Shown: positions 55,211 to 64,000 of the stretch, one piece after another
Layout: every line of letters begins with the position of its first letter
Position numbering within the stretch: the first letter of the stretch is position 1
NCBI GenBank assembly: GCA_965112735.1
Contig: OZ218956.1
Coordinates: forward strand, 2,852,001-2,916,000
Reading direction: 5' to 3'
Source: Phaeosaccion multiseriatum
Lineage: Eukaryota > Protista > Ochrophyta, other classes
DNA length: 64,000 nucleotides
Translations under genes and position numbers: made by a program
The notes under the pieces: model-generated
The model's database searches: none
What the model was told of the DNA's origin: nothing
What the model saw: the letters and a program-made list of their open reading frames with translations, nothing else

Positions 55211-56075
55211 AGGCCTCTCCAGACACCTCGATCCCGGGGGGGAAGGCGGTAGAGTATGCAGCGGTAGCAGCAGCAGCACTAGTGGGAGTGGGTTTGGGGC
55301 GGCGGGGCCCGCGGATACATCTTCTGGGCTGAGGAACGGAGCCAAGGTGTTGACATGTGGATTGCTTGGTGTGTTGTGCTACTGGACTTTGGCAAATACC
55401 TCCCCAGTGAAGGCCTCTGATAGGTCCGATCAAAGGGGCGGCGGCGGTGGTGATGATATTGTTAAAGTGGGAGGCTTGCGCCGTCGAGCGAGGGACAGCA
55501 GCGAGACACCAGCATGCATACTCTCGAGTGGAGCTGGGAAGCTGGGGGGTGGAGAGCGGGCAGGAAGAGAGGCTATGAGAGAGGCAGATATGATGTCATT
55601 CGTGGTTGAGGACGGGGATAGAAGACGAGCGAACGCAGCACCACCAGCAGCAGCAGCAGCAGGAGCAGCAGCAGCAGCAGCAGCGGAAGAAACAGAAGAA
55701 GCAGGTAAAAGGGCAGCAGCAGCAAAAATCGCAGCAGAAGCGTCAGCACGAAGCGTCGCCGCACCGGCAGCAACACAAGTAGCAGCTAAAAGGGCAGCAA
55801 CAGACTTAGCAGCTAAACGAGAAGCAACAGAAGTAGCAGCTAAAGGAGCAGCAACAGAAGTAGCAGCGAAGAGAGCAGGAGCAGCGTCAGCACAGAGAGC
55901 CGCAGCATCGGTAGCAACAGAAGCGGCAAAAACAGAAGCAGCAGCAGCGGCAACACTGTTGGAGCGGCAGCTAGAGGCGACAGCGAAGAGCGCGGCGAGC
56001 AAGAGGAAAGCCCAGGAGGAGGCAGACATGCAACAAATGCAGCCGCTGTGGCTGCAGAGGCCACGGCGGGGCTAA
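54387..56075 (+). CDS. Chimeric paralog: duplicated N-terminal half fused to a different TM segment and an Ala/Lys/Glu-rich tail (possibly non-functional)
   Basis: Same N-terminus as the left gene; introns 54557-54679 and 54992-55141. It diverges after VAMSSAT into GAKVLTCGLLGVLCYWTL and AAKxAATEV repeats. Confidence 0.5.
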   Translation: MALRVAVSRVAARPRRCWNTTGARTRTRNISSENDGGKGVVWRPSQAHSTSATSSRRSVREKGDEAPKERRRDWYFVPSSPAHDPLTVLPCSPCLVNRAEHRHQQQQRGDGRTASSSSSGSSSSSSRSSSSRNAPSRKQSPSEQRRRLLSESATDWDKVSEVAVPRRMPGTAALEVGTRPGASKVAAASATKRWRDQRKMERCGDWRDRGGGHWRLRPPGFARPLKRTPTHSCVCSLICFSSRTPSLCLSRRPSSKEAVARSAAGLRSVAMSSATGLSRHLDPGGEGGRVCSGSSSSTSGSGFGAAGPADTSSGLRNGAKVLTCGLLGVLCYWTLANTSPVKASDRSDQRGGGGGDDIVKVGGLRRRARDSSETPACILSSGAGKLGGGERAGREAMREADMMSFVVEDGDRRRANAAPPAAAAAGAAAAAAAEETEEAGKRAAAAKIAAEASARSVAAPAATQVAAKRAATDLAAKREATEVAAKGAATEVAAKRAGAASAQRAAASVATEAAKTEAAAAATLLERQLEATAKSAASKRKAQEEADMQQMQPLWLQRPRRG

Positions 56076-56403
56076 CTGTATAATGAGAATCAAGAGGAGC
56101 CGGCTAAATCTATCCAATGCTGGGCTTGCCGCCTTGACAACAGGCAGGGAGATATCTCCCATAGGATGAATGACTGCCCTCATGGCTACAGTGAAGAGCA
56201 CAAGAAGAAGGCAGTAGAAAAGTTTCGCTCCAGAAGGCGTGCGAGGAAGAGGGGCGGTGGCAGGCATGGCAGGGTCCAGGCGCCTACCCTTCCTCCTCTG
56301 GCACCCGTGGGGGCAGATGGTAAGAGATTTGCCGAGGTGAAGGTACCTCAGAGTGAGTCGGCGGCTGAGGATGTCCTCGCCCTTGTGTCGATTCAGCCTG
56401 ACC

Positions 56404-56551
56404 ACCGTGTCGATAAAGGTATGCCAATTCTTCTCCATCTGATGAGCTGCTGGGACGTTCTCCTTGGAGTGCCCTCGCTCATGTACGCCAAAGATAACGT
56501 TCCAGCAGATTATAAGATGGAGAAGAATTGGCATACCTTTATCGACACGGT
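56404..56551 (+). ncRNA. Long fold-back hairpin; candidate pre-miRNA or hairpin RNA
   Basis: 56404-56440 is the exact reverse complement of 56515-56551 (37 bp). The stem continues without gaps for 32 more positions (24 Watson-Crick, 3 G-U, 5 mismatches) to a 10-nt loop at 56473-56482. Confidence 0.55.
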
Positions 56552-57487
56552 TGCTTGCGCTCATTGCTAGTCGGAAAGAACCTGCTCAGCCAGTCGTACC
56601 ACAGTCATACGGGCACGCTCAGTCGGCGAGGAGAGACCCGCGGCCCTGTCAAGCCCACGCCCTCACGCCCTCACGCCCCTGTATACACAGACCTGAGCAC
56701 GCTCTGCTCTGCTGTGAGCATTGGAGGCTTGGCGAATCGACCCGTACCCAAGGCCTGTGTACCAGGACTTGGCGTCAAAGAAGGCCCTGCCTACGCTCTA
56801 CCGTGCTCTCCTCTCCGCTGATGCGCTGCTCTCTCTGTCTCATCCGTCTGTCTCATCTGTCTGTCTGACTGGCAGCCGCTGCAAGGGAGTCATTTGCTCC
56901 CTCGTCCCGCCTTTGGACCAGTAGCACGCTTCTCCCTGGCATATACTCTGATGCTGCTGCTGCTGCCATTGCGCAGCCAGTCCGACCGACGCGTCAAAGC
57001 GGGGGCAGATGCGGCGTGGCGAGGCGAGGCAGTCCACACAAACAGACGCTCCTACCCGCGGCGCTCATTGGCGTGCTGAGTGAGGGCCGAGGCACTCATA
57101 CTGCCCTTGGACTGGCTCGCAAGTGCGCTGCCCTCGTAGGAAGAAGCCATCTCCGGCGGCAGACTTCCTTTTACCCAGTCCAGCACCAGCTCCGAACATA
57201 CGTGTGTGCGTGTGTGTGCGTGTGTGTGTGTGTGCACGCCTGGCCTCTCACACTTAGCTTCTCATGGACACGGCACAGCCAGCCGTCAAAAGGCCTCCAT
57301 CTCTATGTTGCTCCTTCCAGGGCCAAGAAGCGGCACTCACTCATCCTCCAGCTCAGGCATATGGAAAGGAGCATTGAGGAAATTGTTCGTTCCTGGGTGC
57401 TCTCACTGTCTGCTGCAGCTGGCTTTCGCTCCCCGCGAGGACACTTGGAGGGTGGTGCTTGCCGGGCCCCACATCGCTGCACTGCAC

Positions 57488-58870
57488 TCATTGAAGAGCC
57501 TTCTCTCCCTCACCGCTGCTTCTTGTGTCTTGCACGTCGCCGTTAATACCCGCCGCCGCTTCTTGCTCCTCCTGAGCCTGCCGATATATCATCCAGTCTT
57601 CCCTACTCAGCTCCAGCGACGGCAGAACGAATATTCTTGAATCCTCCTCACTCTCTTGCTGCCCCTGAGCGGCTCGGCCGTTGGGAAAGACTCCGTGCTC
57701 CTCTACGTATCCCGCCAGCTCCATCGTGCTCCTCCACGCCTGCACCATACTGCTGTCATCGTCTTGAAGCTTCTCGGCCAAGGCCCTCGCCTTTCCTTCA
57801 ATCTCCCATCGCCGCGTAGCGTTTCGAATGAGGTCACCGGCGATTCGGGGCATGTCCTCCAGCTCAGCAAAGACGACAGCTCCCTCGTACAGCTTTTCTA
57901 GCTCGGGGTCATCCCCTCTCTCACTGATCACCACCTTGCCCATCGAGAGGAGGTAGTGAAGCCGATGGACTTCGAGTTGCAAGTAGTCACGGAAAGCGTG
58001 AATGTTCAGCACGACCTTGCTCAAAGTAACCACTTCGTCTCTTCCTGAGCCGAATATGTTGAGGTGTCTGTATATCGTCTCATAGCCGTGCTGTTTGTAC
58101 GTCGCCTCCATGCCCTGGAAGAAGTCGTCCCGGCGCTCGGTATTTGCACCATACCACAGCACATCGATCACCCGAAGCTCATCAGGCACTGGCGCGGACA
58201 CATTGGCGAACGCGTGTGGAATACCAAGGTACGCGGAGTCCGTGGGCATTCCTATATCGAACGCGTAAAGACCCGCATCCCGCTCCAGCTGGACCGCCAC
58301 GGGGCTGTAGTCCCAAATGGCAAGCGCGTCTCTCATTGTTTTTTGGTAGAATGCCTGAGAGAACCAGTTACTCATCGTTTGCTCCATCTGAATCAGGACA
58401 TACTTGAAACGCAGTGGCATCACCGGAAAATCGTGGTTACAGCCCAGGAGTATAAACAGGATGGATGGATCGAGCATGTCTGCTTCCCATAGGAAGTAGT
58501 CCTCCAAGATGGAGACGTGCGCCGTGACACCTTGGGAGGCAAGCACCCTTTGGATCCCGTAAGAAGTTTCCTCAAAGCAAACGCCTTTAAAGAGGATGTA
58601 GACTCTCTCAAAGCCTCCTGGAAGCTGGTGGGAAAGGTCTGCGCCTAAGCCTCCCAGTAGCTCCTGCTGGCCATCCCCTCCCTCCTCTTCAGAACACTGC
58701 TCGTGAAGTTGCTTAGGTCTCGGCTGCTCCTCCTCCGTCTCTGCCGATGGCCTCGACAAGGCAGTCACGAGAAGCTTCGCACCCTCCACTGCCACTTCGG
58801 ACGAAGGAGGTGGTGTTCCCAAAGCCTTCGATGCAGCTGCCAGCAGTAGCATCAATTGGGATGAACGCAT
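57488..58870 (-). CDS. Intronless, signal-peptide-bearing GT-B glycosyltransferase-like protein
   Basis: Signal peptide MRSSQLMLLLAAASKALG. Motifs YVLIQMEQ, IWDYS, IDVLWYG..ERR, IFG..RD....SKVVLNIH, LE.HRL.YLLS.GK.VISE resemble Glyco_trans_1_2/CgeB-like GT-B proteins. Confidence 0.7.
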   Translation of the reverse strand: MRSSQLMLLLAAASKALGTPPPSSEVAVEGAKLLVTALSRPSAETEEEQPRPKQLHEQCSEEEGGDGQQELLGGLGADLSHQLPGGFERVYILFKGVCFEETSYGIQRVLASQGVTAHVSILEDYFLWEADMLDPSILFILLGCNHDFPVMPLRFKYVLIQMEQTMSNWFSQAFYQKTMRDALAIWDYSPVAVQLERDAGLYAFDIGMPTDSAYLGIPHAFANVSAPVPDELRVIDVLWYGANTERRDDFFQGMEATYKQHGYETIYRHLNIFGSGRDEVVTLSKVVLNIHAFRDYLQLEVHRLHYLLSMGKVVISERGDDPELEKLYEGAVVFAELEDMPRIAGDLIRNATRRWEIEGKARALAEKLQDDDSSMVQAWRSTMELAGYVEEHGVFPNGRAAQGQQESEEDSRIFVLPSLELSREDWMIYRQAQEEQEAAAGINGDVQDTRSSGEGEKALQ

Positions 58871-59119
58871 CTTTGGCCTCGTAGGCTCGGCTATGTCGCA
58901 CATCCCGTGATTTCCAACGAAAAGATCGACATCGCACGCTCCCAGAGCTGACACGAACGCTTCCAAGAAGGTTCGTGAGGCTTAATAGCGCGTGTGAGGC
59001 GTGTGATTTGGCCGGTGATCGGCCGGTAGCTGGAAGTTCGTGTGTTGGTGTTCTAGACAAATCACAATTGGCATTTTTCCCTTTTCTTTCTTGGCTCATA
59101 GATAGCCAAACGCCCAAAG

Positions 59120-59817
59120 ATGGAGACGGAGGAGGTTAACCCCGAGTCCCTTCTCCTTTATCTCACGCTAACAGTGAATCTATGGCAAATGTTCCTTAGT
59201 CTCCTCGCCCTGTTGCTGGTGGAAGCACTGTGCAGGCCCCTGACTTTAAACGGGGAGAAGCTGAGCTGCCTCGTCCTTTTCATGGCCGGAGTTGCTGTCT
59301 CTTTCCGGGTAAGTCCAAATTTCAGTAATTTCCGTCGTTCCTGGCGTGTCCACCCAACCCATTTCTCTCCACTTCTTGCTGCCAACGGCAGACGGGTTTG
59401 ACGGAGGGTTGGTGGTGGATTCTCTGCACTGTGGGCTATCTCGGCTTTGCCCTCTCTGCGAGCACCGCTCAGCAAGTGGCGATTCAGTCAGCTGTGGCTT
59501 TCTTCCTCACGTCGCGAGTCCTGGGCTGGGGCGACGTCATGCCCTCAATGTGGATATTATTCGCACTGCCAAGTGCGTTCTACATGACGCGACATCCCCG
59601 CCAAGCCCGCCAAGTGGTGTTCGCTCCGCTCGACTGGCTCGTTGATCTGTGGAGGGCATGGAAGGGCACACGGAAGAGAGCGCCCATCACAGTACTGGCC
59701 CTGGTGGAAGATATGGTTCTTAGGCTCGGCCTCCTCGGGAGTGTCTTTTGCGTCTTCCCGTACTACGGAAGAACGGAGCAGGTAGGGTCTTTTGGGCTGG
59801 AGGAGGGGCACATGAGC

Positions 59818-59871
<54 letters not shown>

Positions 59872-61265
59872 CTCATGGACACGACCACGGGAGGAGTCGC
59901 GTCTTGCCTCGAGTATCGATGCTCGGGGAGCAATGCTGCTCTGCTGCGACTGAACCACTATGAGGGAGGAGGGACACGACAGCTGCACAATGCCACATTT
60001 GTGCATGCCCTGATGGCCCTCTCGCTTATGGTTGGCTGGCCTGACATGTGCTGCTGCTGCTGATAGGTGGAGGAAATGGCGGAACACATGCACAAAGTAC
60101 TACTATTCTTCGAGGGAGGGGAGACCGAAGTGAGACTCACGGGGCGCGCACCCCATTGGAATTCAAACCTAGCAATGGCAGTGGCCAACACACATGCCCA
60201 CGCAGGTACGAATCGACTCCGCTGTGTTCCATGCGCCTCTTGCAGAAAGTTAGCTAAGCTGCACGACCTTATTTCGATCCCCTTGCTCTCGTTCGTACTT
60301 GCTTTTTATGCATGCTGCGCATGGCACCTCACCCCAACACCGCAACAGTGAGTTCTTTGCTGTTCCAAGTGTGCCAAGGCTGCTTAGCCTATAGCGCGTG
60401 CAAGGCAGCCGTGATGATCGCGGTACATCTCCACATCTTCCCACGCACACACAACATGGGCCATCAGGCAGACGCTGTGCCCCTCTTTACGAGGGTCTTG
60501 AGAGGAGAGAATAGGGCAGGGGAGGGAGGAGGCGGAGGAGGAGTAAGAAATGAACCTTTCGGAGGGGAGGGAGAGGAGAGGTGGGGAGGAGCAGGAGGAG
60601 AAGCGGCTGTGATAGCGAGGGGGTATGAGGTACCAGGAGAACAAGGAGGAGCAGTCATACACAGAGGAGGAGGAGGAGGAGGAGGAGGAGGAGGAGGAGG
60701 AGGAGTCGCAGTTGAAGTAGACACTCCCGGAGTTGAGGAGGCGCCGGGGATGGCACGAGCAGCAGCAGGAGGAGGGGGAGGGGCGGGAGGAGCAACAGAT
60801 GACGACGAAATAGACACAGAGCACGAAGTTGGTGCCCAAGAATGGACGATTGCTCTGTCTTTAGGAGGAGGGGACGGAGGACAGGAAAGAGAAAACAAGG
60901 GAGAAGATGACGTGATGGGAGGAGAAAGAGGCGGAGGGCGGGAAGGAGAAGATGGGGGAGAAGAAGGTGTGATGGGGAGGGAAAGCTGGGGAGGAGATGG
61001 GAGTGGGGAGGGGGGATCAGAACCGAGTGATGATGCAAGAGGAGAGGCGAAGGGTGGCGACAGAGAGGGAAGCACGGTTACCGAGGAGGATCTAGAAGAT
61101 GGCGCATCTGCAAGTACAAGGCAGACTAGAGCTCGCGCAGGGGAAGAACGCGGAGGGGACGCGAGGGAGGCCGCAAAAGACAGACTAGGCGGTACTAGTG
61201 CAGGCGAGTCGCCCGGGCAGACGCCCGCGACAGAGGAGGAGCCAAGGCAGCAAGAGGAGGAGCCA

Positions 61266-61304
<39 letters not shown>

Positions 61305-62859
61305 GAAGGTCAGTATCGAGGGCACGAAGAGGAAGCGAAACAGCAGCAGGAACGCGAACGTGAGCAAGAGCGGCCAGCAGAGGCACCAGCAGAGGCACCA
61401 GCAGAGGCACCAGCAGGGGCACCAGCAGAGGCACCAGCAGAGGCACCAGCAGAGGCACCAGCAGAGGCACCAGCAGAGGCACCAGCAGAGGCACCAGCAG
61501 AGGCACCAGCAGAGGCACCAGCAGAGGCACCAGCAGAGGCACCAGCAGAGGCACCAGCAGAGGCACCAGCAGAGGCACCAGCAGAGGCACCAGAGGTGAT
61601 CGGCCTCAGCCCGGACGACGTCATTGGCACCCGAATTATCGCCCGAGCCGCTCCTGCGCTGAGCGTTTTGGCATTGGAGGCCGCCATCGGAGGGGTCCTG
61701 GGAATGTGGGATGAAGGAGGAGAGGGGGGGGGCTCGTCGTCCACCGAGGGTGCTGGCGCTACTGGGGACGGGGGCGGAGGAGGGGGGGGCGATGTTGGGC
61801 TTGGTGAGGACTGGCTGGGCTATCTTACGTACTGGTTGTGGGCCTTTCCCACGCTCCTGCTCCTCCTCACGCACTTTGCGTTGCAGCGGGGAGTGGAAGA
61901 GGAGCTGAGCGAAGCCCTGAACACACTGTTCGCAGTGGGACAGGTCAGCACATCAGTCAGGTTCCCCCCCTCTCTCTCTCTCTCTCTCTCTTTCTCCCTC
62001 TCCCTTCCTAGATGTATGTCTCTCCCTGTCTCAACCGCTTCCCCTCCCCCTTGGCCTTCCCCCCCCCCCCCTCTGGACAGGTCCGGCTGGTCGTAGCGCT
62101 GCAGCTGCTCGTGTCCTATGCGCTCCTCCTCGCGCTCGTCATTTTGCCCATGCTCTACATCATTGACGTCATCGGGCACTTGGGTACGTGTCGTGTGGCA
62201 GTGTATAACATTGCTGTGGCCGATATTTCTTCCCGTCTATCTTTCTGTCCATCTTTCTATCCATCAAGCAATCTATCGATCTTCTGTCTGTCTATATATC
62301 TATCTATCTCTCTATCTGTCTATCAATGCATCTTTCTATCTCTCTATCTATGTATCTACACCAACCCCCCCCCTCTTCTCACCCAATGCCGCTCTCAGCA
62401 AAGCTGCCTTCACTGAATCCTCCTGTCGCTCTCCCTGCCCTGCTCTGCTGCCACCCTGCCCTGTTCCGCTTTGCCCCTTCCCCTCCCCACACATGCACAC
62501 ACGTAGGCCCTATCTTGAATCTGATTCTCCTGCGCAACCCCATATTGGTCGTCGCCAACACCGTCATTGGAGCCGGTGGAAAGGCCTCGGTGTACGCGTG
62601 GGACTCACTCACGGGAAGGTTCTATGGTCACAGAAGACCCGACGTCTTGTGTCCGACAGGTGCGCACGAGGGACCGACAGACGAACAGGCCAGCGATAGA
62701 CAGCCCATCCTCCGTCCTGTTGGTCTTGATCCCATACCCGATCCCATCTGATCCGTTTTTGGGGTGTGTGAGAGAGGAGGAGGTTGGACGTGCTGCACGT
62801 CGAGGAGGACGTGGGGTATTTCCCCGACCGCCCCTCTTCTCCTCCTCCTCCTCCTCCTC

Positions 62860-62894
<35 letters not shown>

Positions 62895-63624
62895 CTCCTC
62901 CTCCTCCTCCTCCTCCTCCTCCTCCTCCTCCTCCTCCTCCTCCTCCTCCTCCTCCTCCTCCTCCTCCTCCTCCTCCTCCTCCTCCTCCTCCTCCTCCTCC
63001 TCCTCCTCCTCCTCCTCCTCCTCCTCCTCCTCCTCCTCCTCCCCCTCCTCCTCCTCCTCCTCCTCCTCCTCCTCCTCCCCGACTACGCGTCCTCTTTGAG
63101 CCTGCTCTCCCCCTTCCAAAACTGGACATGTTGCTGCTCCTATGACATGGTCTGACGTAATGAGATGCGTTGCCCCCCCCCCCCCTGTACACTCCATACT
63201 CACACTCACGACCCGACGACATAGGGCTGCTCGGCCTGGACACATTGCTACAGGCAGTGGAGGGTGTGTGTGTGGCCTTCAAACTGGCGATGGGGTTGCT
63301 GGTCATCGTGGTGGGGCTGCAGCTGGGAGGCTTTGGACCAGTGGGAGGAGGTTTCACCATCCACTGGACCTTCCGCTCGCTGCAGGTACGGTCCACTGCC
63401 TGTCTTGTCTGTCTTGTCTGTCTTGTCTGTCTTGTCTGTCTGCCTATCTGTCTTTCAGTCAGTCAGTCAGTCTTTCAGTTTCTTTTTCCTCTTTTTGTCT
63501 GTCTGTCTGTCACCACAGAAGTATTGTGTTTGTTCCTCATCCGTATGTCTCGCACCCTCTCTCTCTGTATTGTGCGATTGTCTCCTCCCCCTCCTCTCCC
63601 GTCCCCCCACCCCCCTCCTACAAT

Positions 63625-63681
<57 letters not shown>

Positions 63682-64000
63682 AACAACGACAACGACAACG
63701 ACAATCAACAGGTGTGGTGGACAGAGGCCTCGACGCGATTCCTCCAACTCCGCACCTTCTGTCGAGCCGTGCGAGCTCGGCCGAGAATGGCCCGGCCCAC
63801 GCAGGCGGAGCTCGATGCCTTTGCCCCCGACGTGTGCGCCATCTGTATGGAGGACATCACCGAGTGCGTAGGGGCGGCCAAGACGCCGTGTGGACACCTG
63901 TTCCACGCATCCTGCTTGGGAAGGTGGTTGTACAGAGCCAAGACTTGTCCACAGTGCCTCAAGGATTTGTTCAATCCTCCTCCTGCTCCTCCTCCTCCTC
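59120..64000 (+). CDS. Multi-pass membrane RING-H2 E3 ubiquitin ligase (TRC8/RNF139/RNF145-like); 3' end beyond the window
   Basis: Many TM-coding exons, then the C-terminal RING-H2 CAICMEDI..KTPCGHLFHASCLGRWL....CPQC at ~63835-63957. Confidence 0.85.
61374..61595 (+). repeat. Coding 12-bp minisatellite (CCAGCAGAGGCA) x~18 encoding (PAEA)n
   Basis: Near-perfect in-frame tandem array within the RING E3 gene. Confidence 0.95.
62835..63079. repeat. (CCT)n trinucleotide tract, intronic
   Basis: Directly visible. Confidence 0.95.
63621..63710. repeat. (AAC)n tract immediately before a splice acceptor
   Basis: Directly visible; ends at ..TCAACAG|GTG. Confidence 0.9.

Noticed and set aside
56390-56564. 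Peptide (K)ENVPAAHQMEKNWHTFIDTV encoded by the hairpin arms as a C5-methyltransferase ENV motif
   Set aside because: No other methyltransferase motifs are nearby. The two similar ORFs on opposite strands are simply a consequence of the inverted repeat.

Overview
Gene-dense, intron-rich, GC-rich eukaryotic nuclear DNA with microsatellite-filled GT-AG introns. The host is most likely a flagellated photosynthetic stramenopile (ochrophyte); this is inferred from bipartite signal-peptide-plus-Phe plastid presequences and from CCDC39. About 21 spliced genes can be read, in order: NTMT1 (5' end outside the window), an isochorismatase-family hydrolase, methylmalonyl-CoA mutase, three tandem small HSPs, ERdj3/DNAJB11, a PreY/Trm112-like protein, a ~2,200-aa helical/low-complexity protein, a hypothetical protein, a plastid DUF4336 protein, an ADP/ATP carrier, adenosine kinase, a plastid-targeted SAM-carrier-like SLC25, CCDC39, an NHX/NHE exchanger, a head-to-head inverted-duplicated gene pair, an intronless GT-B glycosyltransferase-like gene, and a multi-TM RING-H2 E3 ligase (3' end outside the window). 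The most unusual region is 53.3-56.6 kb. There, an ~820-bp inverted duplication of a gene's 5' half produced a chimeric sister gene that runs into frame-broken zinc-knuckle remnants. It is followed by a 148-nt, 69-position fold-back with a 37-bp perfect stem that resembles a plant/brown-alga-type miRNA or hairpin-RNA precursor. All gene calls come from reading motifs and splice sites by eye; no database searches were run.
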